Shown here one piece after another: positions 29,781 to 40,176 of a stretch of 64,000 nt of DNA. The position numbers and the translations under genes are program-made. The stretch comes from an uncultured cyanobacterium (lineage in GTDB: Bacteria > Cyanobacteriota > Cyanobacteriia > PCC-9006 > JAAUQQ01): positions 544,001-608,000 of the forward strand of contig OY970368.1 in NCBI GenBank assembly GCA_963718615.1, in the 5' to 3' direction. Position 1 is the stretch's first letter; each line of letters opens with the position of its first letter. The notes below the pieces were generated by a model, which was given only the letters and a program-made list of their open reading frames with translations, searched no databases and had not been told where the DNA came from.

Positions 29781-30083
29781 CAGTCACCAATCTTTAATTT
29801 TATGAATCCTTAACAGAGGCCCGAGCTGGTATGTACTTAACGTAAAGGGAAAAGCATTAGATCGGGATTTCCACTAGAATGATCTATGAATTGAACCATT
29901 CAATAATGCCACCATCAATCTCAATCCTACCTCAAAATCTTTGATTGGTTTATTTCAGTACATCCCGGTCTAATCAGGCGTTATCTGTAAACTTACACTT
30001 CTGACTAAAATACCGATCCTCTATGTTTCTGATTGAGAGACATATGCTGTTGGCCTGAGTCAGAAAGGAATACTTATTTAACT

Positions 30084-31379
30084 ATGCGAGTTGTCATTTT
30101 AACGGTTGGCTCAAGGGGTGACATTCAACCCTGTCTCGCCCTAGGATTGGGGCTCAAAGCTGCCGGTCATCAGGTTTGCATTGCGACCGAGCGAATTTAC
30201 CAGGAGTGGCTGACCCAAGAAGGATTGGAGTATGCCTACCTCCCAGGGGATACTAAAAAGCGTCTGGCGGATGAACCTTGGTTTAAATTACTAGAAGAAA
30301 CGCGCGATCGCCCCATTCTATCGGCCTATCGTGCCTATCGTGAGTTTCTCTTACCAACACTACGGGAGCTGCTCGATGCCGCCTGGGACGCCTGCCAAGG
30401 GGCAGACGCAATTATTGGCCTACCCACGGTCTATGCCGGTAGCCACATTGCCGAGAAGCTAGGAATTCCCTTCTTTGGCACTTGGACCTGCCCCTTCACC
30501 CCTACCCGATATTTTCCCCATTCCTGGTCCCGTCTCGCCCAGCAACAGTGGCTAGGTGGAACACTCAATCGGTTTACCTATTGGGTTCCTCAGTTTCTCG
30601 ATCAGAAAATGTTGATGGGGACCATTAACCAATGGCGCAAAGAGACCTTGAATCTGCCTAAAATGGGTGAAAATGGCGTCAATACCAGTTCCTTCCCGAC
30701 GCTTTATGGATTTAGTCCCAGCGTCGTCTCCCCGCCTCCAGACTGGGATAACAATGTTCATGTAACGGGCTACTGGCTGCTCAATCGCATCAGCTCGGTG
30801 CAGCCCCCCGAAGACTTAGTTAACTTTATTGCGGCAGGCTCCCCACCGGTTTACATCGGTTTTGGGAGTATTGGCGATCGCCATGCCACACACACCATTC
30901 AAACCGCAATTGATGCGGTGATCAAAAGCGGTCAACGGGCCGTTCTAGAAACAGGATGGGCACAGTTAAATCAACTCAATTTACCCCCACAGGTTTTTAA
31001 GTTAGATTCTGGCAGAGTTCCTCATGCTTGGCTCTTTCCCCGCATGGCAGCGTTAGTCCACCATGGCGGCGCAGGTACCACCGGTCAGGGGTTGCGCAAC
31101 GGCAAGCCAACGGTCGTTATTTATCAAAAATTTACGGATTACTGTTTCTGGGGACAACGCATTGCCGCATTGGGTGTTGGTCCTGAACCGATTTATATTG
31201 GTGATGTCACCGTCAATTCCCTCGCCCAGGCCATTGAAACCATGGTAACGGACGCCAACATGCAGAAGCGCGCAGCTCTACTAGGTGGACAAATTCGAGA
31301 CGAAGATGGTGTTGCTCGGGCGATCGAGCTCTTTCATCAGCATGCTAATCACCCAAAAGCCACCTATACCTATGCCTAA
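30084..31379 (+). CDS. GT1-family glycosyltransferase (sterol glucosyltransferase-like)
   Basis: GSRGDIQP, TPTRYFP, PPPDW, VTGYW, YIGFGS, PHAWLFPRMAALVHHGGAGTT; start at ATG 30084. Confidence 0.92.
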   Translation: MRVVILTVGSRGDIQPCLALGLGLKAAGHQVCIATERIYQEWLTQEGLEYAYLPGDTKKRLADEPWFKLLEETRDRPILSAYRAYREFLLPTLRELLDAAWDACQGADAIIGLPTVYAGSHIAEKLGIPFFGTWTCPFTPTRYFPHSWSRLAQQQWLGGTLNRFTYWVPQFLDQKMLMGTINQWRKETLNLPKMGENGVNTSSFPTLYGFSPSVVSPPPDWDNNVHVTGYWLLNRISSVQPPEDLVNFIAAGSPPVYIGFGSIGDRHATHTIQTAIDAVIKSGQRAVLETGWAQLNQLNLPPQVFKLDSGRVPHAWLFPRMAALVHHGGAGTTGQGLRNGKPTVVIYQKFTDYCFWGQRIAALGVGPEPIYIGDVTVNSLAQAIETMVTDANMQKRAALLGGQIRDEDGVARAIELFHQHANHPKATYTYA

Positions 31380-31478
31380 GCGTAAAGATTGCATGAATGA
31401 CCTGAGTGAATGACGTTGCTACAGACCTTCACGACATAACATAATTTCGTTGCACCTAGGCCATTTTTTGGAAACTCC

Positions 31479-32270
31479 ATGAGTCACTTCGACACCATAT
31501 CAAAAAAGGCATTGTTCGTCGTTGCTCATCAAGATGACGAAGTTTTTATTGTGTCTAGGATCAACAAACATTTAAGCGAGGGCGATCGAATCTTTGTTAT
31601 CTGGACTGCAGCATCCTATCAAAAAGGAGAAACCTTTAAAAATACGAGAATCCAAGAGTCAAAGACTCTGATGAAAAAGCTCGCAATTCCCGAAGATCAA
31701 TTTGATTTCCTCATGTATCCCGATGGTTCAACCCATCTCCACATTCCCAATCTCATTGCAGACTTAAAGCAAAGAATTCAGTTCATTCAACCCGATACGG
31801 TTTATATTCCAGCCTATGAGGGAGGGCACATTGACCATGACACAGCGCATTACTGCGTGGTTCAAGCCATCCGTCAGCTCAATTCCAGTATAGAAATCTA
31901 CGAATTTCCAGAATACAGCGGCTATGGAACTCCACTGGGCCTACTGCCGCTTCGAATGCGCCGCTACCCCGAGACACTAAAGACCCAATGTAGAACGCTC
32001 TCCCAGGAAGAATATCATTTGGTTTTAGACTGTTGGAAAATCTTCAAAAGCCAGCATTTTCCTTTGGATTTGTACATTACTTTATCCGCAGGAAAAAATC
32101 TAACTTTTGGTAGAGAATACATTCGACCTCTACCCGAGTATAACTATCTAGAGATACCCCCGACGCAAAAAGTTGCCTATGAAAAGTATCTAGATGTGAA
32201 TTATAGCGACTTTAAACAAGCCGTTGAACAACAGCTCAACCTATCAATATTTTTATCTACAACCCAATAG
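31479..32270 (+). CDS. PIG-L/LmbE family deacetylase
   Basis: AHQDDE and GGHIDHD metal motifs; RIQES, YPDG. Confidence 0.85.
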   Translation: MSHFDTISKKALFVVAHQDDEVFIVSRINKHLSEGDRIFVIWTAASYQKGETFKNTRIQESKTLMKKLAIPEDQFDFLMYPDGSTHLHIPNLIADLKQRIQFIQPDTVYIPAYEGGHIDHDTAHYCVVQAIRQLNSSIEIYEFPEYSGYGTPLGLLPLRMRRYPETLKTQCRTLSQEEYHLVLDCWKIFKSQHFPLDLYITLSAGKNLTFGREYIRPLPEYNYLEIPPTQKVAYEKYLDVNYSDFKQAVEQQLNLSIFLSTTQ

Positions 32271-32421
32271 AGCTAGTAATACTTTGAGGCTACGCTGACA
32301 AGCCAAGTCGCCAAGCACACCCCTACGCTTTTTCTTTTCACCTATGCTCTGCCGGACCTAGCTATTTCTAAAGTCTACATCTAGTCATTGACCTACAACC
32401 TTAAAAGAGCATTATTTTAAA

Positions 32422-33681
32422 ATGATTCAATTAGCAAGTCTCTTTTTATTTTTATTTTTAATTCCAACCTTTTTCGTGGTGCAATCCACTTATAAATTTG
32501 TTCGATTTCTTAAGCGATCGCCTCAGCCCATAGCACTTCAAGACGGCAAACTTCCCTCAGTTGCGATTGTGATGAGCGTTCGAGGACTAGATCCATCCTT
32601 AAAAGATTGTATCCACTCTTTATTGACTCAAGATTATCCCAATTATCTTATAAAGATTGTTGTGGATAGTAAAGAAGATACAGCCTGGGACTTGTTGCAC
32701 CAGATTAGTCAAGACGCTAGTCACGGAAACATCGAGCTACTGCTTTTGAACGTTCGTTATGACACCTGTGGATTGAAGTGTAGTGCCCTCATTCAAGCCA
32801 TTTCTCAACTTGATCCAGATTTAGATGTTGTAGCTTTTATCGATTCAGATGTTATCGCTCATCCAACTTGGCTACGGGAACTCGTCACGCCTCTCGCTAA
32901 TCCTAAAGTGGGTTTAACGTCTGGTCTTCCATGGTATCTACCGAAAGAAGAAAATGTTGGTTCTCTAGTTCGCTATCTCTGGAATATTTATGGCGTTACA
33001 GGCCGATATATCTGTCGAACGCCTTCAGGTGCTTCCATGGCGATTCAGCGTCATCTACTCACTCAGGAGAAGATACTAGGTGTTTGGCAAAAAGTGCTCT
33101 CAGAGGATATTACCGCCGCTGTAATGATCGAAGATGAAGGATTAGAAATCCAATTCATCCCTTCTCTTATCATGGTCAATCGAGAGAGCTGTACATTACA
33201 GGGCTGCTGGCAGTTTGTAAAACGCCAGTTCTTCTGGACTCGTCTCTATAGTCCCCAATGGACTTTTATCGCGACTCAGGCTTTTTTTCGCCTTATCGTA
33301 CTACTTTCCGCAGCTCTTTTATTACCAATTTCCTTGTTAAAAGGAGATTCTCTCACCACAATGGTTGTAATTGGGGGACTTGCGATCTATTTTGTATCGA
33401 TTGGAATCTCTATTTTTTCAATTCAGAAAAATGTGCAAGGAAAGCTAATTGAAAGGGGAGAAGTTCTTGCTCCTTGCTCAGCATTTGTTTTTCCAAAGCT
33501 TGTCTTTTCTTTTTTGATTGCACATCTAATTGTTCTTGGAGGAACCCTTTCTGCATTAGGCATGCAAAGCATTCAGTGGCGGGAAATCAATTATCAAATT
33601 GAGAACAAGCTAGATATCAGAATGTTAGAGTACTCCCCTTACAAAGGTTCTAATCCAAAGTCAAATGCATCTATTTTATAA
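32422..33681 (+). CDS. Membrane GT2/GT21 glycosyltransferase (ceramide glucosyltransferase/HpnI-like)
   Basis: N-terminal TM; LLTQDYP, CGLKCSAL, FIDSD (DxD), SED, KRQFFW (QxxRW-like); C-terminal TMs. Confidence 0.87.
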   Translation: MIQLASLFLFLFLIPTFFVVQSTYKFVRFLKRSPQPIALQDGKLPSVAIVMSVRGLDPSLKDCIHSLLTQDYPNYLIKIVVDSKEDTAWDLLHQISQDASHGNIELLLLNVRYDTCGLKCSALIQAISQLDPDLDVVAFIDSDVIAHPTWLRELVTPLANPKVGLTSGLPWYLPKEENVGSLVRYLWNIYGVTGRYICRTPSGASMAIQRHLLTQEKILGVWQKVLSEDITAAVMIEDEGLEIQFIPSLIMVNRESCTLQGCWQFVKRQFFWTRLYSPQWTFIATQAFFRLIVLLSAALLLPISLLKGDSLTTMVVIGGLAIYFVSIGISIFSIQKNVQGKLIERGEVLAPCSAFVFPKLVFSFLIAHLIVLGGTLSALGMQSIQWREINYQIENKLDIRMLEYSPYKGSNPKSNASIL

Positions 33682-33974
33682 GATCTATCGATCCTTCAAT
33701 TGATTATTTTTATGCTTATGCGTTCTTATGTGTACTAAGATACAAATACGATACAAGAAAGAGTTCAACCCATAGCCCATAGATAGATAGATACCTTAAC
33801 GGTTAAAAATCTACCGACAAAATCTATTAAGTGTGTCCAGAGTTTTGTATAGATTGCGATTTTTTGACGGTAGAATCAGCGCTTTAGCCTGAACTTATAA
33901 GATTTTGTAAACACTCCCCAAACCTGCCAAGAGTGCCCTGATCAGCAACCTCAGTACGAGCGACACCAAGAATC

Positions 33975-34736
33975 ATGACCGCAGAATACAGTGTTCAACT
34001 TACATCGGATGTCATAGACGAAGGTCAGGTATGTTTTGTCATTACAACCCCAACAGCAACGTACTACTATCAAAAAGAAGGTTGTGCTTTCTCAAGCCTG
34101 ATTGATTGTGACGGCAATGATTGGATTGACTATCACCCCTCGGGAGGAGCTGATGGCAATCACCGGGGTATTCCCAACATGGGTTTCAAAGCTTTTGGTC
34201 ATCCCGGATTCACTAATGGTTCCAAAAGCTGGTTGAGTGAGCAACGTCCTGATTTCGTCCAAATTACCTCGGAGTCTGCAGGCGGCGTCTGGCAGATTGT
34301 CTGGGAGTTTTATCCGGATCGGGCTGTGATGACAGCCAAGGCAATCGGCCAACGGGCCTGGTTGTTATATGAAGGGACACCAGGAGGCAGATTTTGCCCT
34401 GAGGAGCAGTACTGGCTTACCTCTGACGGTAGCGTTCGATCTTGCAGTACCCGATTCCGGGGACATCTACCCAACCCCAAATGGGTTGCATTTTGCGATC
34501 CCCCAAGCTCGCGTTCCCTGGTGCTGTCTTACCAGGGGGAAGCAACTCGAAAAGACGTCTATTGGCCTATGAAAGGAAAAAAGGGAGGGATGACGGTATT
34601 CGGCTTTGGCCGTTCAGACGTTATTTTTCCAAAACTGCACCTCAGTAAAACCCCATTTCAGTTTTCTATTGCATTGATGGAAACTCTAGACTACGAAGTC
34701 ATTAAGAGAGGTCTTGAGAAAGGAATGAAGGAGTAA
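33975..34736 (+). CDS. Hypothetical protein, possibly a beta-sandwich carbohydrate-processing fold
   Basis: 253-aa ORF rich in W/G/F (D.DGNDWIDY, RGIPN, WLLYEGTPGG, MTVFGFGR), co-oriented within the tailoring block; no confident family. Confidence 0.6.
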   Translation: MTAEYSVQLTSDVIDEGQVCFVITTPTATYYYQKEGCAFSSLIDCDGNDWIDYHPSGGADGNHRGIPNMGFKAFGHPGFTNGSKSWLSEQRPDFVQITSESAGGVWQIVWEFYPDRAVMTAKAIGQRAWLLYEGTPGGRFCPEEQYWLTSDGSVRSCSTRFRGHLPNPKWVAFCDPPSSRSLVLSYQGEATRKDVYWPMKGKKGGMTVFGFGRSDVIFPKLHLSKTPFQFSIALMETLDYEVIKRGLEKGMKE

Positions 34737-34906
34737 AAAAGCTCTCCGGTTCTAAGCTAAAAGTATCACCAGACAGCTCCCAGGAGAGCCATAGCCCAAG
34801 CGACTCGTGAGGCCTTTATTTGCATCGCCACGATTCGCATCATGCTCCGACGTTTGGCATCATTCTCCACACCTTCACTACTTCTCAAATCCCCCTCTAA
34901 CTTTCT

Positions 34907-36094
34907 ATGCAGTCAACTTCTCAAAAAAGCAGTAAGCTGGCAAATGTTCTTCATTTACCTCTTTTCCTTGGCTCTTTATCTTTTATCTTTCTTTTATTTG
35001 GTCTACCTATTTTTGGGAAATCAATAGGAGCAAGCGCTTTAGAAATTGGCGGGCTTTATTCTATTTTTACAGTCACAACCATGGTGCTAAGGCCCTTTGT
35101 TGGCTGGGCATTAGATCGATATAGCCGTAAACGTTTTTTTGTTGCTTCGTTGCTGAGCTATGCCGTCACAATGCTAGTTTTTGCATTTAGTGAGGGCATT
35201 TCTGGACTTTATATTGCCCGATTTTGTGAAGGGATTGCCGCTGCCTGCCTCTGGATTTCAATCAGGACCATTACGGCAGATCTGTCTGCTCCAGAGGAAC
35301 GGGGCCATGCCATGGGTAAGTTGCAAGAAATTTATACGAGAGCGGGTCTCATTGGAGTTTTTGCTGGATTTGGACTGGTTCGTTTTCTGCCCCACGGTGC
35401 AGCTTGGAAAATCGCATTTTTGGGCTATGCGATCGCCGCTGCAATAGGAGCTTGGCAAGCTTGGCTAGTCGTTCCAGAGACCCGATCATTGCCAAGCGAA
35501 CCGGATGAGCTTCCCAAATCACGTTCAATCTCTCGTCAGTTAATGTTTCTTATGGCGATTGTTTTTACAACGGGTTTAGCGGAAGCATTAATTAGCCCAA
35601 TCTACCTTATTTTTTTACAGGATCGCTTTGAGGCAGGCGTTGTAGCCCTAGCTTGGGCTTTCTTCCCCGCAGGTTTAGTGATGAGTGTGCTACCCAGTTA
35701 TCTGGGGCGGTTAAGCGATCGCCTAGGACGAGCCTCAATGATTGCCACAGGTCTGGCCAGCACAGGCTTACTGTTTGGTTGTTTACCCCTCCTCCCCCAC
35801 ATTGAATGGCTCATTGTTTTATACACGCTTTCCTCCATTGGATTGGCCATGGCCACACCCGCGAAAACCGCGCTTGTTGCAGACTTAAGCCAAAGTCAGA
35901 ACAGAGGAAGTATCTACGGTCTATACGAGTTGGCGCTTCGACTGGGAGCAACCGTAGGACCTCTACTAGGCGGGTGGCTTTACGATTCCATCAGCCACGC
36001 ATTGCCTTTCTATGTCACAGGAGGAATTATGTTGAGCAGCGCAGTTTTAGCCTGCTTTTTACTCAAGCCCAACCTACATCAATCGGCAATTTGA
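34907..36094 (+). CDS. MFS transporter
   Basis: About 12 hydrophobic segments; motif A GWALDRYSRKR and GRLSDRLGR; GATVGPLLGG. Confidence 0.92.
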   Translation: MQSTSQKSSKLANVLHLPLFLGSLSFIFLLFGLPIFGKSIGASALEIGGLYSIFTVTTMVLRPFVGWALDRYSRKRFFVASLLSYAVTMLVFAFSEGISGLYIARFCEGIAAACLWISIRTITADLSAPEERGHAMGKLQEIYTRAGLIGVFAGFGLVRFLPHGAAWKIAFLGYAIAAAIGAWQAWLVVPETRSLPSEPDELPKSRSISRQLMFLMAIVFTTGLAEALISPIYLIFLQDRFEAGVVALAWAFFPAGLVMSVLPSYLGRLSDRLGRASMIATGLASTGLLFGCLPLLPHIEWLIVLYTLSSIGLAMATPAKTALVADLSQSQNRGSIYGLYELALRLGATVGPLLGGWLYDSISHALPFYVTGGIMLSSAVLACFLLKPNLHQSAI

Positions 36095-36237
36095 GCACAT
36101 ATTCCTACACCTCATCAATCTATGAAATTATTGAAGTTTACGGTCCAATGAAGAGTGCCCAGTGCCTCTAAAATTATTGTATAATTTCACACTAGATCAT
36201 CTAAATAAAATTACTAAAAAGTTAAGAGCCTACAGTC

Positions 36238-37158
36238 ATGTCTAGACCAAATCTCAAACAAGACGATGCAAGCAGAGAGGCGAAGGTGCTGATGCCTACC
36301 ATTCGACAAAGGCTTATTCAGTCTAAAGTTGTCGAAAGAAACACAAAAAGAATTGCCTATCTTCTGGCTTCTTCTAATCGGCTTTATCCTCTTCTCTATA
36401 AAGTTTCAAACCGATCATCTCTCACAAATGTATACCACTGCTGTACTCAAAAGACAGCGAGTCAATGGTTTAGATCCATCTTTCATGATCCATTTTTCTA
36501 TAAGAAAACAGGATTGGTGAGCTCTCCCTATATCGAAATGGGTTTACGCACCGCATCCTTTAAAAAAGCACTACCTAAGCGAACGGTTGCGACTCATCTA
36601 TACGTGGGCTATCCCGCCTATTCAACCATTCCTAAGCCAGAAAACTACAAGACCTTTTTTGTTATGAGAGATCCAAGAGATATCGTTGTTTCTTGGTATT
36701 TTTCGGCGAAAAATTCACATGTTCTGATTGATCCAGTGCCTCAAATGCGACTGGATTTAGAACCTCTCAATCTACGGGATGGCTTAATCTATATCATTAA
36801 TCGCTTGCAAGAATTTGGATCGTTTGACGCCCAAAGATCTTGGATGAATGTATCCGAAGAAGGCGATCGCATCAAAATATTCTACTATGAAGCATTAGCC
36901 CATGACGACAAAGCATTTCTTCAATCTCTGTTTGAGTACTTAGAAATAACAGTATCTGATGCAGAGTTATCTGAATTTGTAGAGCGACATACTTTCTCTA
37001 AGTTATCAGGGGGTCGAAAGCCAGGGGAAGAAGATATAAACTCCCATTATCGAAAGGGACAATCAGGGGATTGGAAAAACTATTTTGACAATTCTGTTAT
37101 GTCCCACTTTCGTCAGATAACAGGTCATCTTATCGAAGAACTAGGGTATTCAGATTAG
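36238..37158 (+). CDS. PAPS-dependent sulfotransferase (cytosolic SULT-like)
   Basis: HCCTQKTASQW 5'-PSB loop, RDPRDIVVSWY 3'-PB, YE.L, RKGQSGDWKNYF. Confidence 0.88.
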   Translation: MSRPNLKQDDASREAKVLMPTIRQRLIQSKVVERNTKRIAYLLASSNRLYPLLYKVSNRSSLTNVYHCCTQKTASQWFRSIFHDPFFYKKTGLVSSPYIEMGLRTASFKKALPKRTVATHLYVGYPAYSTIPKPENYKTFFVMRDPRDIVVSWYFSAKNSHVLIDPVPQMRLDLEPLNLRDGLIYIINRLQEFGSFDAQRSWMNVSEEGDRIKIFYYEALAHDDKAFLQSLFEYLEITVSDAELSEFVERHTFSKLSGGRKPGEEDINSHYRKGQSGDWKNYFDNSVMSHFRQITGHLIEELGYSD

Positions 37159-37186
37159 ACATAATGCAATTCTAGTCTTGACAGAA

Positions 37187-37229
37187 AGAGTAGTTTTAGT
37201 AGCCATCTGTTAGGCCCTAAAACTACTCT
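37187..37229. terminator. Inverted repeat between convergent sulfotransferase genes (probable bidirectional terminator)
   Basis: AGAGTAGTTTTAG (37187-37199) pairs perfectly with CTAAAACTACTCT (37217-37229). Confidence 0.7.
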
Positions 37230-37231
37230 AG

Positions 37232-38338
37232 TCATAGAGGAGCTTCATAGCCCCACTTATCAATGGTAAAACTACAAGTCTGATAAATTCTTTCGATCGC
37301 GCATGAGTCTAAGTGATAAGGATTTTTTAGATATTTTTTCTGTGTATTAATATGTTGGGCAAACTTATCCTGAACATCTTCAAAATTACCAAGATCAAAC
37401 TTTTCATAGATCATTCTCAAGCCTTCTAGCGGATTTTTTTCAAACTTTTCATATCGAATTTCAATCAGATTTTCTGAGGGAATCAGGTTTTGATCTTCAA
37501 AAAATCGATTCATCAACTCTCGATAAATCCAAAATACATTCTCTACCAGGGCATCTTCACTCACAGATTGCAGACCATATCGCTGCGTCATCTGCCTAAG
37601 GGTATGTAGCTTAGAAGCAAAAACAATATAGGGATTCCGATAGATATGAACAAACTTTGCATCAGGGAACAACTCAAGAATAGTTCGAATGCGTGCTGTA
37701 TTAGCCGGACTTTTCAGCAGAAGCTGATGACCCGGCATAGACAAAAAAGAAAACTTTAATATCTTCAGATAATCCAGCTTCCATTGCTCATATTCTTTTT
37801 CAGACATTCCCTTAAATAAAACCGCTTTATCAAAAATCTCGCGTGTATTTTTAGGGAAATAGAAGCTATCAATATAACTATAAAAAGAAGTCGTTGCTAG
37901 AGGAAATTCCTCTTCTTCCGGCTTTTCAAGGGAGAGCTCGATATTGTCCATTGGTCTCTTGTTTGGCATGCTGAGACGAACAATATTTCTTCCCAACCAA
38001 TCGTTTACGATAAAAAGCTCAGGTAGCCACGCATGATAAGAGCTTACATAGCAAAAATTCGGATCTAGACTCATCAAATGATGCAAATAGGTCGTTCCAC
38101 TTCGCCAGTGACCTAAAATGAAAACAGGAGCTTTCGGTAAAATGGAAGATTCTAGACGTTTTCGGTAAAAGTGCTTGATAAAAAAACGCCCAGGTTCGCC
38201 GAGTAGAGTCATCGGAAATGCCATTGCTAACTGAGGCCAATAGTCCTTTTCAACCCCATAGGATCGTATCCTTGAGCATAAAAATCGAGGAGAACCACCA
38301 GCTAGAGGATGCAAACTTATATTCATTGCGGCTTTCAC
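37232..38338 (-). CDS. Sulfotransferase (Sulfotransfer_3 / mycobacterial Stf3-like), paralog A
   Basis: ILGHWRSGTTYLH, RPMDN, PEEEE, LLKSPANTARI, HIYRNP, YE. Confidence 0.9.
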   Translation of the reverse strand: MKAAMNISLHPLAGGSPRFLCSRIRSYGVEKDYWPQLAMAFPMTLLGEPGRFFIKHFYRKRLESSILPKAPVFILGHWRSGTTYLHHLMSLDPNFCYVSSYHAWLPELFIVNDWLGRNIVRLSMPNKRPMDNIELSLEKPEEEEFPLATTSFYSYIDSFYFPKNTREIFDKAVLFKGMSEKEYEQWKLDYLKILKFSFLSMPGHQLLLKSPANTARIRTILELFPDAKFVHIYRNPYIVFASKLHTLRQMTQRYGLQSVSEDALVENVFWIYRELMNRFFEDQNLIPSENLIEIRYEKFEKNPLEGLRMIYEKFDLGNFEDVQDKFAQHINTQKKYLKNPYHLDSCAIERIYQTCSFTIDKWGYEAPL

Positions 38339-38360
38339 CTTGAAAGTTCTGAGTACCTAT

Positions 38361-38390
38361 ATAAAAACAAGCTATCGTAAAGATAGCTTG
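38361..38390 (-). terminator. Intrinsic terminator-like hairpin upstream of sulfotransferase A
   Basis: Perfect 9-bp stem CAAGCTATC/GATAGCTTG with a 5-nt loop, followed on the minus strand by TTTTTAT. Confidence 0.6.
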
Positions 38391-38495
38391 AAATATCTAA
38401 AGCATTGATCTATTCAGAAAGTGTTGATCGATAAGAATTTAAGATCTAAACAGACACAGATCCAAAAACATAAAGAAAGCATTGAATAGATCAGT

Positions 38496-39308
38496 TTAAT
38501 CTAAACTCTTCAGATTGGTTCGAAGACAAGCTAGATTCTCTGGCCTCGGTGTTGCATGGACCAAAAGCCAGTCCCAAGAAACACCTCCTTTCGTCACATA
38601 ATCTTTAAGAACTTTGCGTCCCCGTGAAGTAAATAAAAGCTCTCGGAAAGAAGCCATCGTACCCGGATTGCTTTTTCGTAATTGCCGAGCATCCTTGCGC
38701 GTACATATCCAAGGCTCAACACGATAGGCCTGTAGGTCGAATCCGGCAGCTTCAATCAATCGGAACATTTCTTCTTGATCAAAGGCATGTAAATGATACG
38801 GGTCAATATGACGCGTCTCCCCTAGAGGTACGGAAAGAAATAGATCTCCATCGGGTTTAATCAACTGACGTAGACGCTGGAGAAAAATATTGGGATGGGG
38901 CACATGCTCGATTGTTTCATAGGTAACTACCACATCAAAGAGCTCAGGCCACTCAAATTTTTCAGCATCTCCTTCGTGAAAACTAACGCCCGAAGTACTG
39001 TAATGCTCATTAGCATAGGCAATGCTTTCAGGGGCAATATCAACACCCACTACCTGTTCGGCTCCAGCATCTTTCAGCATCTTAGCGCCAAAGCCAGTGC
39101 CCGTTGCGATGTCTAGAACTTTCTTGCTTGCCACATAGCGACCTGCTGTGACATAGCGCTTGAGATGGATTTCAAGCGCTAGCTGGCTGGAAGCATCTTG
39201 ACCAACCGCTTCCGGAACGAGCCGTTCCCAGACCCCCCAAGTCTTAAGATGGCCTGTGATCGGTTTCTCTGTTTCTCGTGTGTTCGCTGGTTTTACAGTT
39301 TGAGTCAT
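38496..39308 (-). CDS. Class I SAM-dependent methyltransferase
   Basis: ERLVP...HLKRY, VLDIATGTGFG, VGVDI, FDVVVTYETIEH, LIKPDG, PYH. Confidence 0.88.
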   Translation of the reverse strand: MTQTVKPANTRETEKPITGHLKTWGVWERLVPEAVGQDASSQLALEIHLKRYVTAGRYVASKKVLDIATGTGFGAKMLKDAGAEQVVGVDIAPESIAYANEHYSTSGVSFHEGDAEKFEWPELFDVVVTYETIEHVPHPNIFLQRLRQLIKPDGDLFLSVPLGETRHIDPYHLHAFDQEEMFRLIEAAGFDLQAYRVEPWICTRKDARQLRKSNPGTMASFRELLFTSRGRKVLKDYVTKGGVSWDWLLVHATPRPENLACLRTNLKSLD

Positions 39309-39386
39309 GGATTTTAAGGCTCTTATATATTGAGGTTGAATTCGTACAAAAACCTATGGTGGGGTTTCGCGAAAAATAGCTTCGAT

Positions 39387-40139
39387 TTAGCGCGTTTTAA
39401 TGACGATGGCATGGCCATTAAGATTGTGGATAACAACGCGATCGCCCAATTTTCGCTGTTCATCCACAAATCTCGTAATCCCACTACAAATCATAAAGCC
39501 ATAATCGTCATAGACAACCATCCCCCCCACTTCTAGCCGTTCCCACACCCAATCCAGCACTTCTTTAGCACTTTCATAGACGTCTACATCGATATGGCAA
39601 AGGCGAAAACGCTCATTATCCGGAATGAGATGAGCAGTTTCATCCGGGAAAATCCCCTTGAGGATTTTGACATTCTTGAGATTCAGATTATCTAGATTCT
39701 TTTGAACATATTCTACTGACGTATCAGAATGCTCCCCACCTTTATAAACCGAATCCTTAGTTGAAGCTTTGACAACCCCCTCAAACGTATCACAAAGATA
39801 AATAGGGGCTTGAATTCCACAATGCTCGGCTTGCTTTGCCATCAAGGCCCCTGTGCCTCCTCGCCAAACTCCCACTTCAATAATGCTGCCGTTCAGCGAA
39901 GCTGTTTGCTCCACTAACTGCCAAAGCTCGTAACAGCGATACCAGTCCACCATCGTGTAGGGAAAGATCTTCCAGTAAATATCCTTGAATGCCTGATCAG
40001 CCTTCCAGGGTGCATAGGTGGCGTAGGGTTTATTGAACCGGTAGGGTTGATCTCGATGGGTTAAATGATAGAGCGCACACTTGGCACGATAACTTGTAAC
40101 ATTCTTGAATCCACGTAGCAGTGCTGTAAAAAGTTCCAT
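39387..40139 (-). CDS. TylF/MycF/NovP-family sugar O-methyltransferase
   Basis: TMVD..R, IEVGVWRGG, CDTFEG, KGIFPDE, HIDVDVYES, GGMVVYDDYG. Confidence 0.9.
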   Translation of the reverse strand: MELFTALLRGFKNVTSYRAKCALYHLTHRDQPYRFNKPYATYAPWKADQAFKDIYWKIFPYTMVDWYRCYELWQLVEQTASLNGSIIEVGVWRGGTGALMAKQAEHCGIQAPIYLCDTFEGVVKASTKDSVYKGGEHSDTSVEYVQKNLDNLNLKNVKILKGIFPDETAHLIPDNERFRLCHIDVDVYESAKEVLDWVWERLEVGGMVVYDDYGFMICSGITRFVDEQRKLGDRVVIHNLNGHAIVIKTR

Positions 40140-40176
40140 GGTAAATAAAAATAATCAATGAACATTGAACCATTAA

